Of a stretch of 15,165 bases of DNA, positions 7,482-14,787 are shown in pieces (position 1 is the first letter of the stretch; each line of letters begins with the position of its first letter). The stretch spans positions 1 to 15,165 of the forward strand of contig CAVUWA010000006.1 of NCBI GenBank assembly GCA_963744995.1, in the 5' to 3' direction. This stretch comes from Candidatus Eiseniibacteriota bacterium (GTDB taxonomy: Bacteria; Eisenbacteria; RBG-16-71-46). The notes beneath the pieces are model-generated. The model saw only the letters and a list, made by a program, of their open reading frames with translations. It was not told the origin of the DNA and made no database searches. The translations under genes and the position numbers were made by a program.

Positions 7482-7652
7482 TGTTGCACCTCCATAGATG
7501 GGTCACCCCTGTTGCTGAATCAATGCAAGGCTCAGTTGCAAGCAGTCGGCTCTGGCTGCGTGCCACCTCCTTTCAGTGCATTCATCGCAAAGCCGTCAAG
7601 GTGGTCGCGCGAGGGTAATTGTCGCGCTTACAAGGTCTTCCAAGACGGGAAA

Positions 7653-7682
7653 AGTCTAGGAGCCCGGTTCACACGATGTCAA
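7653..7682 (-). promoter_or_regulatory. Strong sigma70-type promoter (TTGACA-N18-TAGACT)
   Basis: Consensus -35 TTGACA at 7682-7677 and -10 TAGACT at 7658-7653, oriented toward the 7481 gene. Confidence 0.7.
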
Positions 7683-7808
7683 GGAGCTTTTTGCTCCCAA
7701 TCCTCGCGAGGACTTCCTTTTACGCGACTTTCCGACCGTCCGGCTGCCGGAGACCCTAACCCCGATCGCATAACGGCCCGTTTGCCGCCAGGTTAACAAG
7801 TTCCACGG

Positions 7809-7884
7809 TGGTGGGCGAAACAGGTCTCGAACCTGTGACCTCTTGCTTGTAAGGCAAGCGCTCTACCAGCTGAGCTATTCGCCC
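7809..7884 (-). tRNA. tRNA-Val (anticodon TAC)
   Basis: GGGCGAATAGCTCAGCTGGTAGAGCGCTTGCCTTACAAGCAAGAGGTCACAGGTTCGAGACCTGTTTCGCCCACCA: 76 nt, full cloverleaf, anticodon arm CTTGC-CTTACAA-GCAAG, encoded CCA. Confidence 0.98.
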
Positions 7885-8117
7885 GAAGCGCGCTTCCGGC
7901 CCCTGACGAGGAGCGAAGCCGGGATCAGAACGCAGTACCCGCAGACGAGAAGTACGGGCGCGAGGGTGACGGATCGCCGGGACAGGGCCACGTAACCGAT
8001 TGCGATGACGGCTACTCCGAGGGCGAGCAGGAGGCTGTTCAACGGCCCCCAATCGAACCCCAGATCGGCCTCTGGCACCTTGCGGCTGCCACGTCTCGAG
8101 GTCTTCGGTGCGCTCAT
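7875..8117 (-). CDS. Small two-TM membrane protein, DUF3098-like (80 aa)
   Basis: GGGAGG RBS at about 8133-8128; N..LLALGVAVIAIGYVAL...SVTLAPVLLVCGYCVLIP matches my recollection of the DUF3098 pattern. Confidence 0.75.
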   Translation of the reverse strand: MSAPKTSRRGSRKVPEADLGFDWGPLNSLLLALGVAVIAIGYVALSRRSVTLAPVLLVCGYCVLIPASLLVRGRKRASGE

Positions 8118-8353
8118 CCTTCGACTTCCTCCCGTCCCCGACCGGAACACGAATACCGATGGCTTCGGGCGCTGGAGAGCCCGGGGAGACCACCGTCATG
8201 ACCGGTGCCGATCGAGGCCCGGGCATGCGGGATCTCAGCGAAGATCACCAGCCTGCCGCCGCCTCCGTGGGGCGTGAAAGGTGATACCCCCGGGGCCCTC
8301 GGACCGGTTCCGATTTTCTGGGGCAACGACCCCGGGGCTGCCGGGGGTGAATG

Positions 8354-9238
8354 TCATGGGCGTCCCGGCCCGCCTGGGCCGGCGATGTCGTCGTTGAGGC
8401 TCCCCGAGCGAAAGCCCTCGAGGTCGAGCGTGATCCGCCGGTATCCCAGCGCCTTGAGACCCTCCACCACGCGCCGCCGCACGGCCGGATCGCCGAAGCG
8501 GCCGATCTCGGCGGCCGGGACCTCGATGCGCGCGGTGGTGTCGTGGTGCCGGACACGCAGCTCGCGGAACCCGAGCTCGCCGAGCAGCGCTTCGGCCTTT
8601 TCCACCATGTGCAGCACCTCCCGGGTGATCTCGGTGCCATAGGGAATCCGCGACGCCAGGCATGGCGAGGCGGGTTTGTCGCGGCTCGCGAGCCCGAAGT
8701 GCGCGGCCGCGGCGCGGACATCGGCCTTGGTGAAACCGAGCTCGGCGAGTGGCGAACGCACGCCGCGCTCGCCCGCCGCACGCCGGCCGGGACGCCAGTC
8801 GGCGACATCGTCGGCGATGGTGCCGTCGACGATCACCGCGCCACGGGTCGCGGCCACGGCCTGTAACTCGCCATAGAGCTGGCTCTTGCAATGGTAGCAG
8901 CGGGTCGTCGGATTGGCGCGGAAGCGCGGGTCCGCGAGCTCACCGGTCGTGACGATCTCGATCTTCGCGCCGAACGCAGCCGCCTGTTCGAGCGCGAGCT
9001 CGAGCTCGCGCCGCGCGTAGGAATCCGAGCGACCGATCACGCCGAGGGCCCGCTCGCCGAGCACCTCGTGCGCCACGCGCAACAGCAGGCTCGAGTCCAC
9101 GCCGCCGGAATACGCGACGATCACGTCGCCCATCGCGCGGATCGTCTCGGTCAGCGCGTCCAGCCGCTCCCGCCAGGGGCGGTCGTCGTCGGGCCGCCTC
9201 GGCGGATCGCCGATCTGGATGAGGCTCGCATGCGTCAT
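8354..9238 (-). CDS. larE: LarE-family ATP-dependent sulfur transferase (PP-loop)
   Basis: AYSGGVDS PP-loop, RCYHCK, DGT..DD..D.RPG, SPL, DKPASPCLASRIPYG, LRVRHH, ARIEV, FRSGSLN. Confidence 0.92.
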   Translation of the reverse strand: MTHASLIQIGDPPRRPDDDRPWRERLDALTETIRAMGDVIVAYSGGVDSSLLLRVAHEVLGERALGVIGRSDSYARRELELALEQAAAFGAKIEIVTTGELADPRFRANPTTRCYHCKSQLYGELQAVAATRGAVIVDGTIADDVADWRPGRRAAGERGVRSPLAELGFTKADVRAAAAHFGLASRDKPASPCLASRIPYGTEITREVLHMVEKAEALLGELGFRELRVRHHDTTARIEVPAAEIGRFGDPAVRRRVVEGLKALGYRRITLDLEGFRSGSLNDDIAGPGGPGRP

Positions 9239-9247
9239 GGGCCCGCG

Positions 9248-9256
9248 ACGTTATCA
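9248..9256 (-). promoter_or_regulatory. Possible extended -10 box (TG-A-TAACGT) just upstream of larE
   Basis: Minus strand TGATAACGT-CGCGGGCCC-ATG with no Shine-Dalgarno sequence. Confidence 0.3.
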
Positions 9257-9303
9257 CACGCTGCGCAGCACCGGACAGTCGGACGCACGGGTGGGCAGCC
9301 GCC

Positions 9304-10368
9304 TCAACCCTCGCCGGCCGAGCCCGCCTCGGACGAATCCGGCCCGGGGCTGCGCACGCGGCGGATGTTGGCCAGGTGCTCGCGGTAGGTATCGGCGAAG
9401 ATGTGGTGGCCGTGGCCGTCGGCGACGAAGAACAGCGCGTCCACGTGCGGCGCGGGGTTCAGCACCGCGCGGATGCTGGCTTTGCCGGGATTGCAGATCG
9501 GCCCGGGCGGCAGCCCCTCGTACATGTAGGTGTTGTAGGGCGAGTTGTTGCGCAGGTGGCTGAGATAGACGCGCGAGCCGGGGCGCCGGCCGAGCGCGTA
9601 GGCCACGGTCGGATCCGCCTGCAGCCGCATGCCTTTCTTCAGCCGGTTGATGTAGACGCTGGCGATGATCGGCCGCTCCGCATCGACCTGCGCTTCGGAC
9701 TCGACGATCGACGCCAGCGTGAGCACCTCGTGCAGGCTCATCTCGAGCGGCAGCGAGTCGCGACCGGCCGCCGCGGCCAGCAGCACTTCGCGCTGCCGCG
9801 CCGCCATGGTCCGCATCGCCACCTCCGGCGACGTGCCGGGCAGGAATTCGTACGTGTCCGGGGCGAGGTAGCCCTCGAGCGAGGGTGCGTCCACGCCGAG
9901 CGAGTCGAGGAACGCGGGGTCGTGGCCGAGCGAATCGAACGCGGAGGCCGAGACCCCGAGATGGTTCGAGAGCAGCAGGCTCACCTCGGTGAGCGTCAGC
10001 CCCTCCGGAATCGTGACCAGGCTGAGCCCGCTCATGCCTTTCGCGAACGCACGCAGCAGCGCCGGCACGCTGGTGCCGAGGCGGAACGAGTACTGGCCGG
10101 CCTTGATCTGTCGGTCGAGCTTCATGAGCCTGGCGAGCACGTGAAAGCCGGTGGTGCCGTGAATCAGCCCGACGCGCTTGAGCTCGCGCGCGACCTCGCT
10201 GAGCGTCTGCCCGCGCCGCACCAGGATGACCCGCCGCTCGTCGGGCGGGAACGGTCCGGCCGGAACGAACAGATCCGCCGCCACCGCGAGCCCCGCCACC
10301 ACCAGCAGCAGCAGCGCCCAGCGACCGGGGCTGAAGGTGCGGCGACGATGGCGTGGACGGGGGGACAC
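9304..10368 (-). CDS. mltG: Endolytic transglycosylase MltG (YceG family)
   Basis: N-terminal TM anchor, IKAGQY, VTIPEG, LEGYLAPDTY, LASIVESE (catalytic Glu), NRLKKGMRLQADPT, SPYNTY, GLPPGPICNPG. Confidence 0.96.
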   Translation of the reverse strand: MSPRPRHRRRTFSPGRWALLLLVVAGLAVAADLFVPAGPFPPDERRVILVRRGQTLSEVARELKRVGLIHGTTGFHVLARLMKLDRQIKAGQYSFRLGTSVPALLRAFAKGMSGLSLVTIPEGLTLTEVSLLLSNHLGVSASAFDSLGHDPAFLDSLGVDAPSLEGYLAPDTYEFLPGTSPEVAMRTMAARQREVLLAAAAGRDSLPLEMSLHEVLTLASIVESEAQVDAERPIIASVYINRLKKGMRLQADPTVAYALGRRPGSRVYLSHLRNNSPYNTYMYEGLPPGPICNPGKASIRAVLNPAPHVDALFFVADGHGHHIFADTYREHLANIRRVRSPGPDSSEAGSAGEG

Positions 10369-10371
10369 CGG

Positions 10372-10848
10372 TCATTCACTCCCGCGGTTTCGCGCACGCT
10401 GGCGCTGCAGATAGGACTCGAGCAGCGCCACGGCGGCGCCGCGATCGACGGCTTCCTTCGGCGTGCGCCGGCGTGAGCGCGGGTGGCGTCCCCGCGAGCC
10501 CGCCGGCCGCGCGCCGTCGCGCGTCTCGCGCAGACGGCGTTCGCTGAGCGCCGACGTCAGGCGCTCGTCGTAGGTATCGACCGGCAGGCCGGTGCGCTCG
10601 CGCAGCCTGTTGGCGAACGCCTGTGCGGCTCGGGCCGCCTCGCCCGCCTCGCCCGAGAGCAGCAGCGGCATCCCGACTACCACGCGTTCCACACCCTCTG
10701 CGCGGATCAGCGCGTGGAGCCGCTCGAGGGCGTCCTTCCCGCCGCGCACGACGAGGGTCTCGAGCCCGGTCGCGATCGCGCCGGTGGGGTCGCTCACCGC
10801 GACGCCGATCCGCCGCGCGCCCCAGTCGACGGCGAGAATCCTGGCCAC
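10372..10848 (-). CDS. ruvX: RuvX/YqgF RNase H-fold nuclease (pre-16S rRNA processing / putative Holliday junction resolvase)
   Basis: GTG start then ARILAVDWGARRIGVAVSDP, VVVGMP, YDERLTS, VDRGAAVALLESYL. Confidence 0.93.
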   Translation of the reverse strand: MARILAVDWGARRIGVAVSDPTGAIATGLETLVVRGGKDALERLHALIRAEGVERVVVGMPLLLSGEAGEAARAAQAFANRLRERTGLPVDTYDERLTSALSERRLRETRDGARPAGSRGRHPRSRRRTPKEAVDRGAAVALLESYLQRQRARNRGSE

Positions 10849-10852
10849 GCCC

Positions 10853-11302
10853 CTATCCCGACGTCGGAGCGGGCCGGTTCTTGACCATGTGACAGACGGT
10901 GCCGTCGCCGGTGAAGCGGAAGTCCACCGCGTCCATGCACGAGCGCATGATGAAGATGCCGCGGCCGCGCAGATCGAGCAGGTGCTCGGGCGAGGTGATG
11001 TCGCCGTTGACTTCGTCGAGCTGGAAACCGGGGCCGCGGTCGTAGACGTCGACCTCCAGCCGGTCACCGTACAGGCGGAAGCGCACGTCCACCTCCTTCG
11101 ACGGATCCCGCCGGTGGCCGTGCTGGATCGCGTTCGTGCCGGCTTCGATCACCGCCATCGTGACCTGTGACGAGGTCTCTTCGTCGAACTCCATCCGCTC
11201 GCACAGGGACTGCGCCACCCGATCGATGACGCCGAGCAACTCGAGCCGGCTCGGCATGCGCACGGAAACGACTTCCGGCGAGTTCGCAGTGGCGTCGGGC
11301 AT
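10853..11302 (-). CDS. RsbW/SpoIIAB-like anti-sigma factor / Ser kinase (HATPase_c_2)
   Basis: AVIEAGTNAIQHG (N box), VYDRGPGF (G1 box), RGRGIFIMRSCMD (G2 box), GTVCHMVK. Confidence 0.88.
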   Translation of the reverse strand: MPDATANSPEVVSVRMPSRLELLGVIDRVAQSLCERMEFDEETSSQVTMAVIEAGTNAIQHGHRRDPSKEVDVRFRLYGDRLEVDVYDRGPGFQLDEVNGDITSPEHLLDLRGRGIFIMRSCMDAVDFRFTGDGTVCHMVKNRPAPTSG

Positions 11303-11312
11303 TCGGGATTCT

Positions 11313-12287
11313 CTAGGGACCGATCTCGCCGCGATCGGCGCGGAGCCGCTCGAGCGCGCGGGCGAAATCGTCGGGCCAGGGGGCTGTGAAATGGAGGGCA
11401 TCCCCGCGAACCGGGTGCGGGAAGGCCAGTTCCATCGCGTGCAGGGCCTGCCGGGGCAGATCCCGAAGCAAAGCGTCTCGGAGGCTACGCTGCGCGGGGT
11501 CGGCGCTCAACTGCTTTTTCCCGCGGCCGCCATAGGTCGGATCGCCCACGACCGGATGGCGGAGGTGCGCCATGTGGACCCGGATCTGGTGCGTGCGGCC
11601 GGTATCGAGCGTCACCTCGAGGCGCGTCACCAGGGCGAAGCGCTCGGCCGCCCGCCACCGGGTGCGGGCCGGACGCCCGCCGCGCCGGACCACGGCCATG
11701 CGCTTTCGATTCCTCGGATCGCGCCCGATCGGCGCCTCGATCACACCCTCGTCGCCGCGCGGGTCGCCCCAGACCAGCGCCGCGTAGCGGCGCGTGATGG
11801 CGCGCTCGCGCATGGCTTCGATCAGCGCCCGGTAGGCACGCGAGGTGCGCGCGATCACCATGAGCCCGCTGGTCTCGCGGTCGAGACGGTGGACGATGCC
11901 CGGCCGTCCCTCGCCGCCGACGCCGGCGAGGCCAGGGTCGCGGTGGAGCAGGGCGTGGACGAGGGTTCCGGTTCTCACGCCGGCGCCGGGATGGACGACC
12001 AGCCCGGCCGGCTTCACGACGACGAAGATCGACTCGTCCTCGTGAACGATCTCGATCGGCAGCGCCTCGGGCTCGAGCGTGGTCACGGCCGGGGCCGGGA
12101 TGGCGACCTCGATCCGGTCGCCGCCCGCGAGGCGCAGCGAGGCGCGGCCCGGCACGCCGTTCACCCGCACGTGGCCCGCCCGGATCAGGATCTGCAACCG
12201 GTTACGCGACAGGTCCGCCTGCGCCGCCGCGAGAAACCGGTCCAGCCGTTCCCCCGCGCTCGGCGCCGGGACCGACAGTTCCAGCAT
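11313..12287 (-). CDS. rluD: RluA/RluD-family 23S rRNA pseudouridine synthase with S4 domain
   Basis: GERLDRFLA..SR S4 domain, KPAGLVVHPGAG, PGIVHRLDRETSGL (catalytic Asp), TGRTHQIRVH, VVGDPTYG, RQALHA. Start is ATG 12287 or 12302. Confidence 0.93.
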   Translation of the reverse strand: MLELSVPAPSAGERLDRFLAAAQADLSRNRLQILIRAGHVRVNGVPGRASLRLAGGDRIEVAIPAPAVTTLEPEALPIEIVHEDESIFVVVKPAGLVVHPGAGVRTGTLVHALLHRDPGLAGVGGEGRPGIVHRLDRETSGLMVIARTSRAYRALIEAMRERAITRRYAALVWGDPRGDEGVIEAPIGRDPRNRKRMAVVRRGGRPARTRWRAAERFALVTRLEVTLDTGRTHQIRVHMAHLRHPVVGDPTYGGRGKKQLSADPAQRSLRDALLRDLPRQALHAMELAFPHPVRGDALHFTAPWPDDFARALERLRADRGEIGP

Positions 12288-12810
12288 TCGAGGCTTCCGC
12301 ATGTTCCGGTGAAGGCCCCTCCGGGGGCGCGACGTCCGCATCCGTGCGGGGCTCTGGATGGCTCGACCAGGTGAGCGCGAACAGGATGACGCCGATCGAC
12401 ACCGCGGCGTCGGCGACGTTGAAGACCGGCCAGTACCAGCGCTGCGTGCCGATCTGGATGAAATCGACCACTTCGCCCAGGCGCACGCGATCGATCAGGT
12501 TGCCGATCGCGCCGCCGAAGATCAGCGCGAGCGCGAGCTTGCGCTGCAGCCCAGGCACGCGCGAGCGCACGAACAGATACAGGATCGCGACCGCCGCGAC
12601 GATGGAAAAGACGTAGAACGGGAACCGCGTGCCGGCGCCGAGTCCGAACGCGACACCGGAGTTGCGCGTGTACGTCAGCCGCACGTACGGCCCGAGCAGC
12701 TCCAGCGGGCGTTCGAACGCCAGATGCGCCATCACCCACTGCTTGCTCGCGTAATCGAGCGCGATGATGGCGCCCGCGACGAGCAACAGCAGCGGCAGGG
12801 ATCGTCTCAC
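12202..12810 (-). CDS. lspA: Lipoprotein signal peptidase II
   Basis: LDYASK, NSGVAFG, GGAIGNLIDR, VVDFI, WPVFNVAD; the GTG start overlaps the upstream TGA (GTGA). Confidence 0.95.
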   Translation of the reverse strand: MRRSLPLLLLVAGAIIALDYASKQWVMAHLAFERPLELLGPYVRLTYTRNSGVAFGLGAGTRFPFYVFSIVAAVAILYLFVRSRVPGLQRKLALALIFGGAIGNLIDRVRLGEVVDFIQIGTQRWYWPVFNVADAAVSIGVILFALTWSSHPEPRTDADVAPPEGPSPEHAEASNAGTVGPGAERGGTAGPVSRGGAGGPVA

Positions 12811-13913
12811 TGAGCGCCCCGGCCGGCCCGCTCCTCTTTCGACTTGCAGGGCACGCACAGCCGCGCGTGCGGGATCGCCTCGAGCCGCGCGCGCGCGATC
12901 GGCTGTCCGCACGACTCGCACATGCCGTACTCGCCGTTGTAGATCCGCCGGAGCGCGTCGTTGATCTCCAGCAGCAGGCGGCCCTCCGCCGAGGCGAAGC
13001 GGAACGCCTTCTCGCGCTCCATCGCGTCGGTGCCGGCATCGGCCATGTGGAACGAATAGCCGGACAGGTCGCCCGCGCTGTCGCGCTGATTCACCTTCAG
13101 TACGGTGGTCTCGAGATGGCCCATGTCACGCAGGATCTTCTGGCGCTCGGCCACGAGACGTTCTTCGAAAACCTTCAGGTCCTGGTCGCTCAAACGTTCG
13201 GCTCCTTGGCTGGCTGTCGTCGTCGGGCGATCGTGGCTCGTACGGTCCGGAAACGCGACGCGGGGCCCGTCGACCTGCTGCGAGCGCCGTACGCGGACAC
13301 GCGATTCCGGCGGCAACACGCCCAACGGCCGTACGACGGGCTCGGGGCGCAGCTCCCTCGACTTCGCGGCCTTCGCCGGACGTACGGACTTCGCCGTCTT
13401 CACGGGCGCCGCCTTGGCAGGCCTGGCGGCTTTTGCCGGCGCGGGCTGCTTCTTCGTCTTCACCGTCTGCTGCTCGGTCTTGTTCGCCACTTTCTTCGTC
13501 GCTTTCGCGGCGGCCTTGCGGACCGCCTTCTTCGCTGTCTTCTTCTTCGCGGCCTTCTTCGGCATCGCCTTCTTGCTGGCGACCTTCTTCCTCACCGTCT
13601 TCTTCGGCGCCGCCTTCTTCCTGGCGGTCTTCTTCCTGGCAGTCTTCTTCCTGGCGGCTTTTTTCGGCGCCGCCTTCTTCCTGGCGGCCTTCTTCCTGGC
13701 GGTCTTCTTCGGCGCCGTCTTCTTCTTCACGGCCTTCTTCTTCTTCTTCGTCCCGGCCACCGAGCGTTTCGCACCGGCACGGCGTTTCGCGGGCTTCGTC
13801 GCCGCACGCTTCGCCCCCGCGCGCCGCTTCACGCGCGCCGCAGCGGAACGCCTGCGGGCCGACCTCCCGGACGACGCCTGACGACGTGTGCTGGACTTGC
13901 GCTTGGTGGCCAT
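12807..13913 (-). CDS. DksA/TraR C4 zinc-finger protein with long Lys/Arg/Ala-rich histone-like N-terminus
   Basis: GGAGG RBS at 13926-13922; C-terminal coiled coil with HMADAGTD, then ALRRI..GEYGMCESCGQPIARARLEAIPHARLCVPC. Confidence 0.9.
   Translation of the reverse strand: MATKRKSSTRRQASSGRSARRRSAAARVKRRAGAKRAATKPAKRRAGAKRSVAGTKKKKKAVKKKTAPKKTARKKAARKKAAPKKAARKKTARKKTARKKAAPKKTVRKKVASKKAMPKKAAKKKTAKKAVRKAAAKATKKVANKTEQQTVKTKKQPAPAKAARPAKAAPVKTAKSVRPAKAAKSRELRPEPVVRPLGVLPPESRVRVRRSQQVDGPRVAFPDRTSHDRPTTTASQGAERLSDQDLKVFEERLVAERQKILRDMGHLETTVLKVNQRDSAGDLSGYSFHMADAGTDAMEREKAFRFASAEGRLLLEINDALRRIYNGEYGMCESCGQPIARARLEAIPHARLCVPCKSKEERAGRGAQ
13530..13739 (-). repeat. Coding tandem repeat, 14 imperfect 15-bp units (KK[TAV][AVM][RPKS] pentapeptide)
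   Basis: Units KKAVK KKTAP KKTAR KKAAR KKAAP KKAAR KKTAR KKTAR KKAAP KKTVR KKVAS KKAMP KKAAK KKTAK; on the plus strand the DNA recurs as cttcttcctggcgg / cttcttcggcgccg. Confidence 0.9.
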
Positions 13914-13950
13914 GGATCAGTCCTCCATATCGACCGAGGTGCGGCCGGGA

Positions 13951-14787
13951 TCAGCCCGTTGAATCGAGCCGCCGGACGATCTCGGTGACCAGTCGGATCA
14001 GCGTGGGCGCCGTGCGCCCCGCCACCGCGATGATCTCCGGGATGTCCACCGGCTTGAGATTGTCGGGAAGGCACGCGTCGGTGACGACATTGAACGCCAG
14101 GACGCGCTGCCCGCCATGCACGGCCGCGATGTTTTCCGGCACGAGCGACATGCCGACGATGTCCGCGCCGATCCAGCGCAGATACCGGTACTCCGCGGCG
14201 GTTTCGAGATTCGGCCCCGGCACCGCGACGAACACGGCGCGCTGCAGAGGCGTTTTCAGATCGAGCGCGGTCTGTTCGGCCAGCTCGATCAGTTTCCGCG
14301 AGTACGGTTCGCTCATGTCCGGAAACCGCGGACCCAGCGCATCGTCGTTCTCGCCGATGAGCGGGTTGTCGCCCATCAGGTTGATGTGATCGGTCGTCAC
14401 CACGATGCTGCCCGCCGGCATGTCGGGGTTCATCCCGCCGCAGGCGTTGGTGATGATCAGCGTGTCGCAACCCAGCGCGGCCAGGACGCGCACCGGGAAC
14501 GCCACCTGCCGCATCGTGTAGCCCTCGTAGTAGTGGACGCGGCCTTTCATGATGGCGACCGGGCGCTCGGCCATCCGGCCGACGTGCAGCTCGCCGGCGT
14601 GGCTCTCGACCGTGGACACCGGGAAATGCGGGATCTCGCGATACGGGATGACCGTCTCGGCCGCCAGCGTGGACGCGAAGTCGCCGAGGCCCGTGCCGAG
14701 CACGATGCCCACGCGCGGCACGATCTTCGTGCGTGCGCGGACCGCTTCGGCCGCTTCGCGGATCTGTTTCAGGTACTCAGTCGCCAT
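13951..14787 (-). CDS. punA: Purine nucleoside phosphorylase, trimeric type (PunA/XapA family)
   Basis: GIVLGTGLG, IPHFPVSTVESHAG, GRVHYYEGY, TNACGG, DHIN, GPRFPDMS, GPNLETAAEY, GADIVGMS. Confidence 0.94.
   Translation of the reverse strand: MATEYLKQIREAAEAVRARTKIVPRVGIVLGTGLGDFASTLAAETVIPYREIPHFPVSTVESHAGELHVGRMAERPVAIMKGRVHYYEGYTMRQVAFPVRVLAALGCDTLIITNACGGMNPDMPAGSIVVTTDHINLMGDNPLIGENDDALGPRFPDMSEPYSRKLIELAEQTALDLKTPLQRAVFVAVPGPNLETAAEYRYLRWIGADIVGMSLVPENIAAVHGGQRVLAFNVVTDACLPDNLKPVDIPEIIAVAGRTAPTLIRLVTEIVRRLDSTG

Noticed and set aside
7532..7585. Possible 17-aa leader peptide MNALKGGGTQPEPTACN on the minus strand
   Set aside because: No RBS before its ATG, no amino-acid run typical of attenuators, and no terminator follows; cannot be supported.
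7809..7884. tRNA-Val as the integration site of a genomic island carrying the secreted-protein cluster
   Set aside because: No integrase or transposase and no duplicate of the tRNA 3' end seen in the window; composition is broadly similar on both sides. An att site beyond the left edge cannot be excluded.
8118..8353. 236-nt intergenic region with CCCCGGGG elements as a possible ncRNA or riboswitch
   Set aside because: Short GC-rich inverted repeats are expected by chance here and I recognise no known RNA motif; an Rfam/Infernal search would be needed.
9254..10375. 373-aa same-strand ORF whose ATG overlaps the ruvX stop
   Set aside because: Arg/Ala/Gly-rich out-of-frame shadow of mltG; all MltG motifs are in the 9304..10368 frame.
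11136..12374. 412-aa plus-strand ORF
   Set aside because: Antisense shadow of rluD with no recognisable domain.
13530..13739. Repeat array as a possible CRISPR
   Set aside because: Contiguous 15-bp in-frame coding units with no spacers and no cas genes.
13105..13881. Phe/Ala-rich hydrophobic plus-strand ORF resembling a membrane protein
   Set aside because: It is the reverse complement of the Lys-rich AAG repeat in the DksA-like gene.
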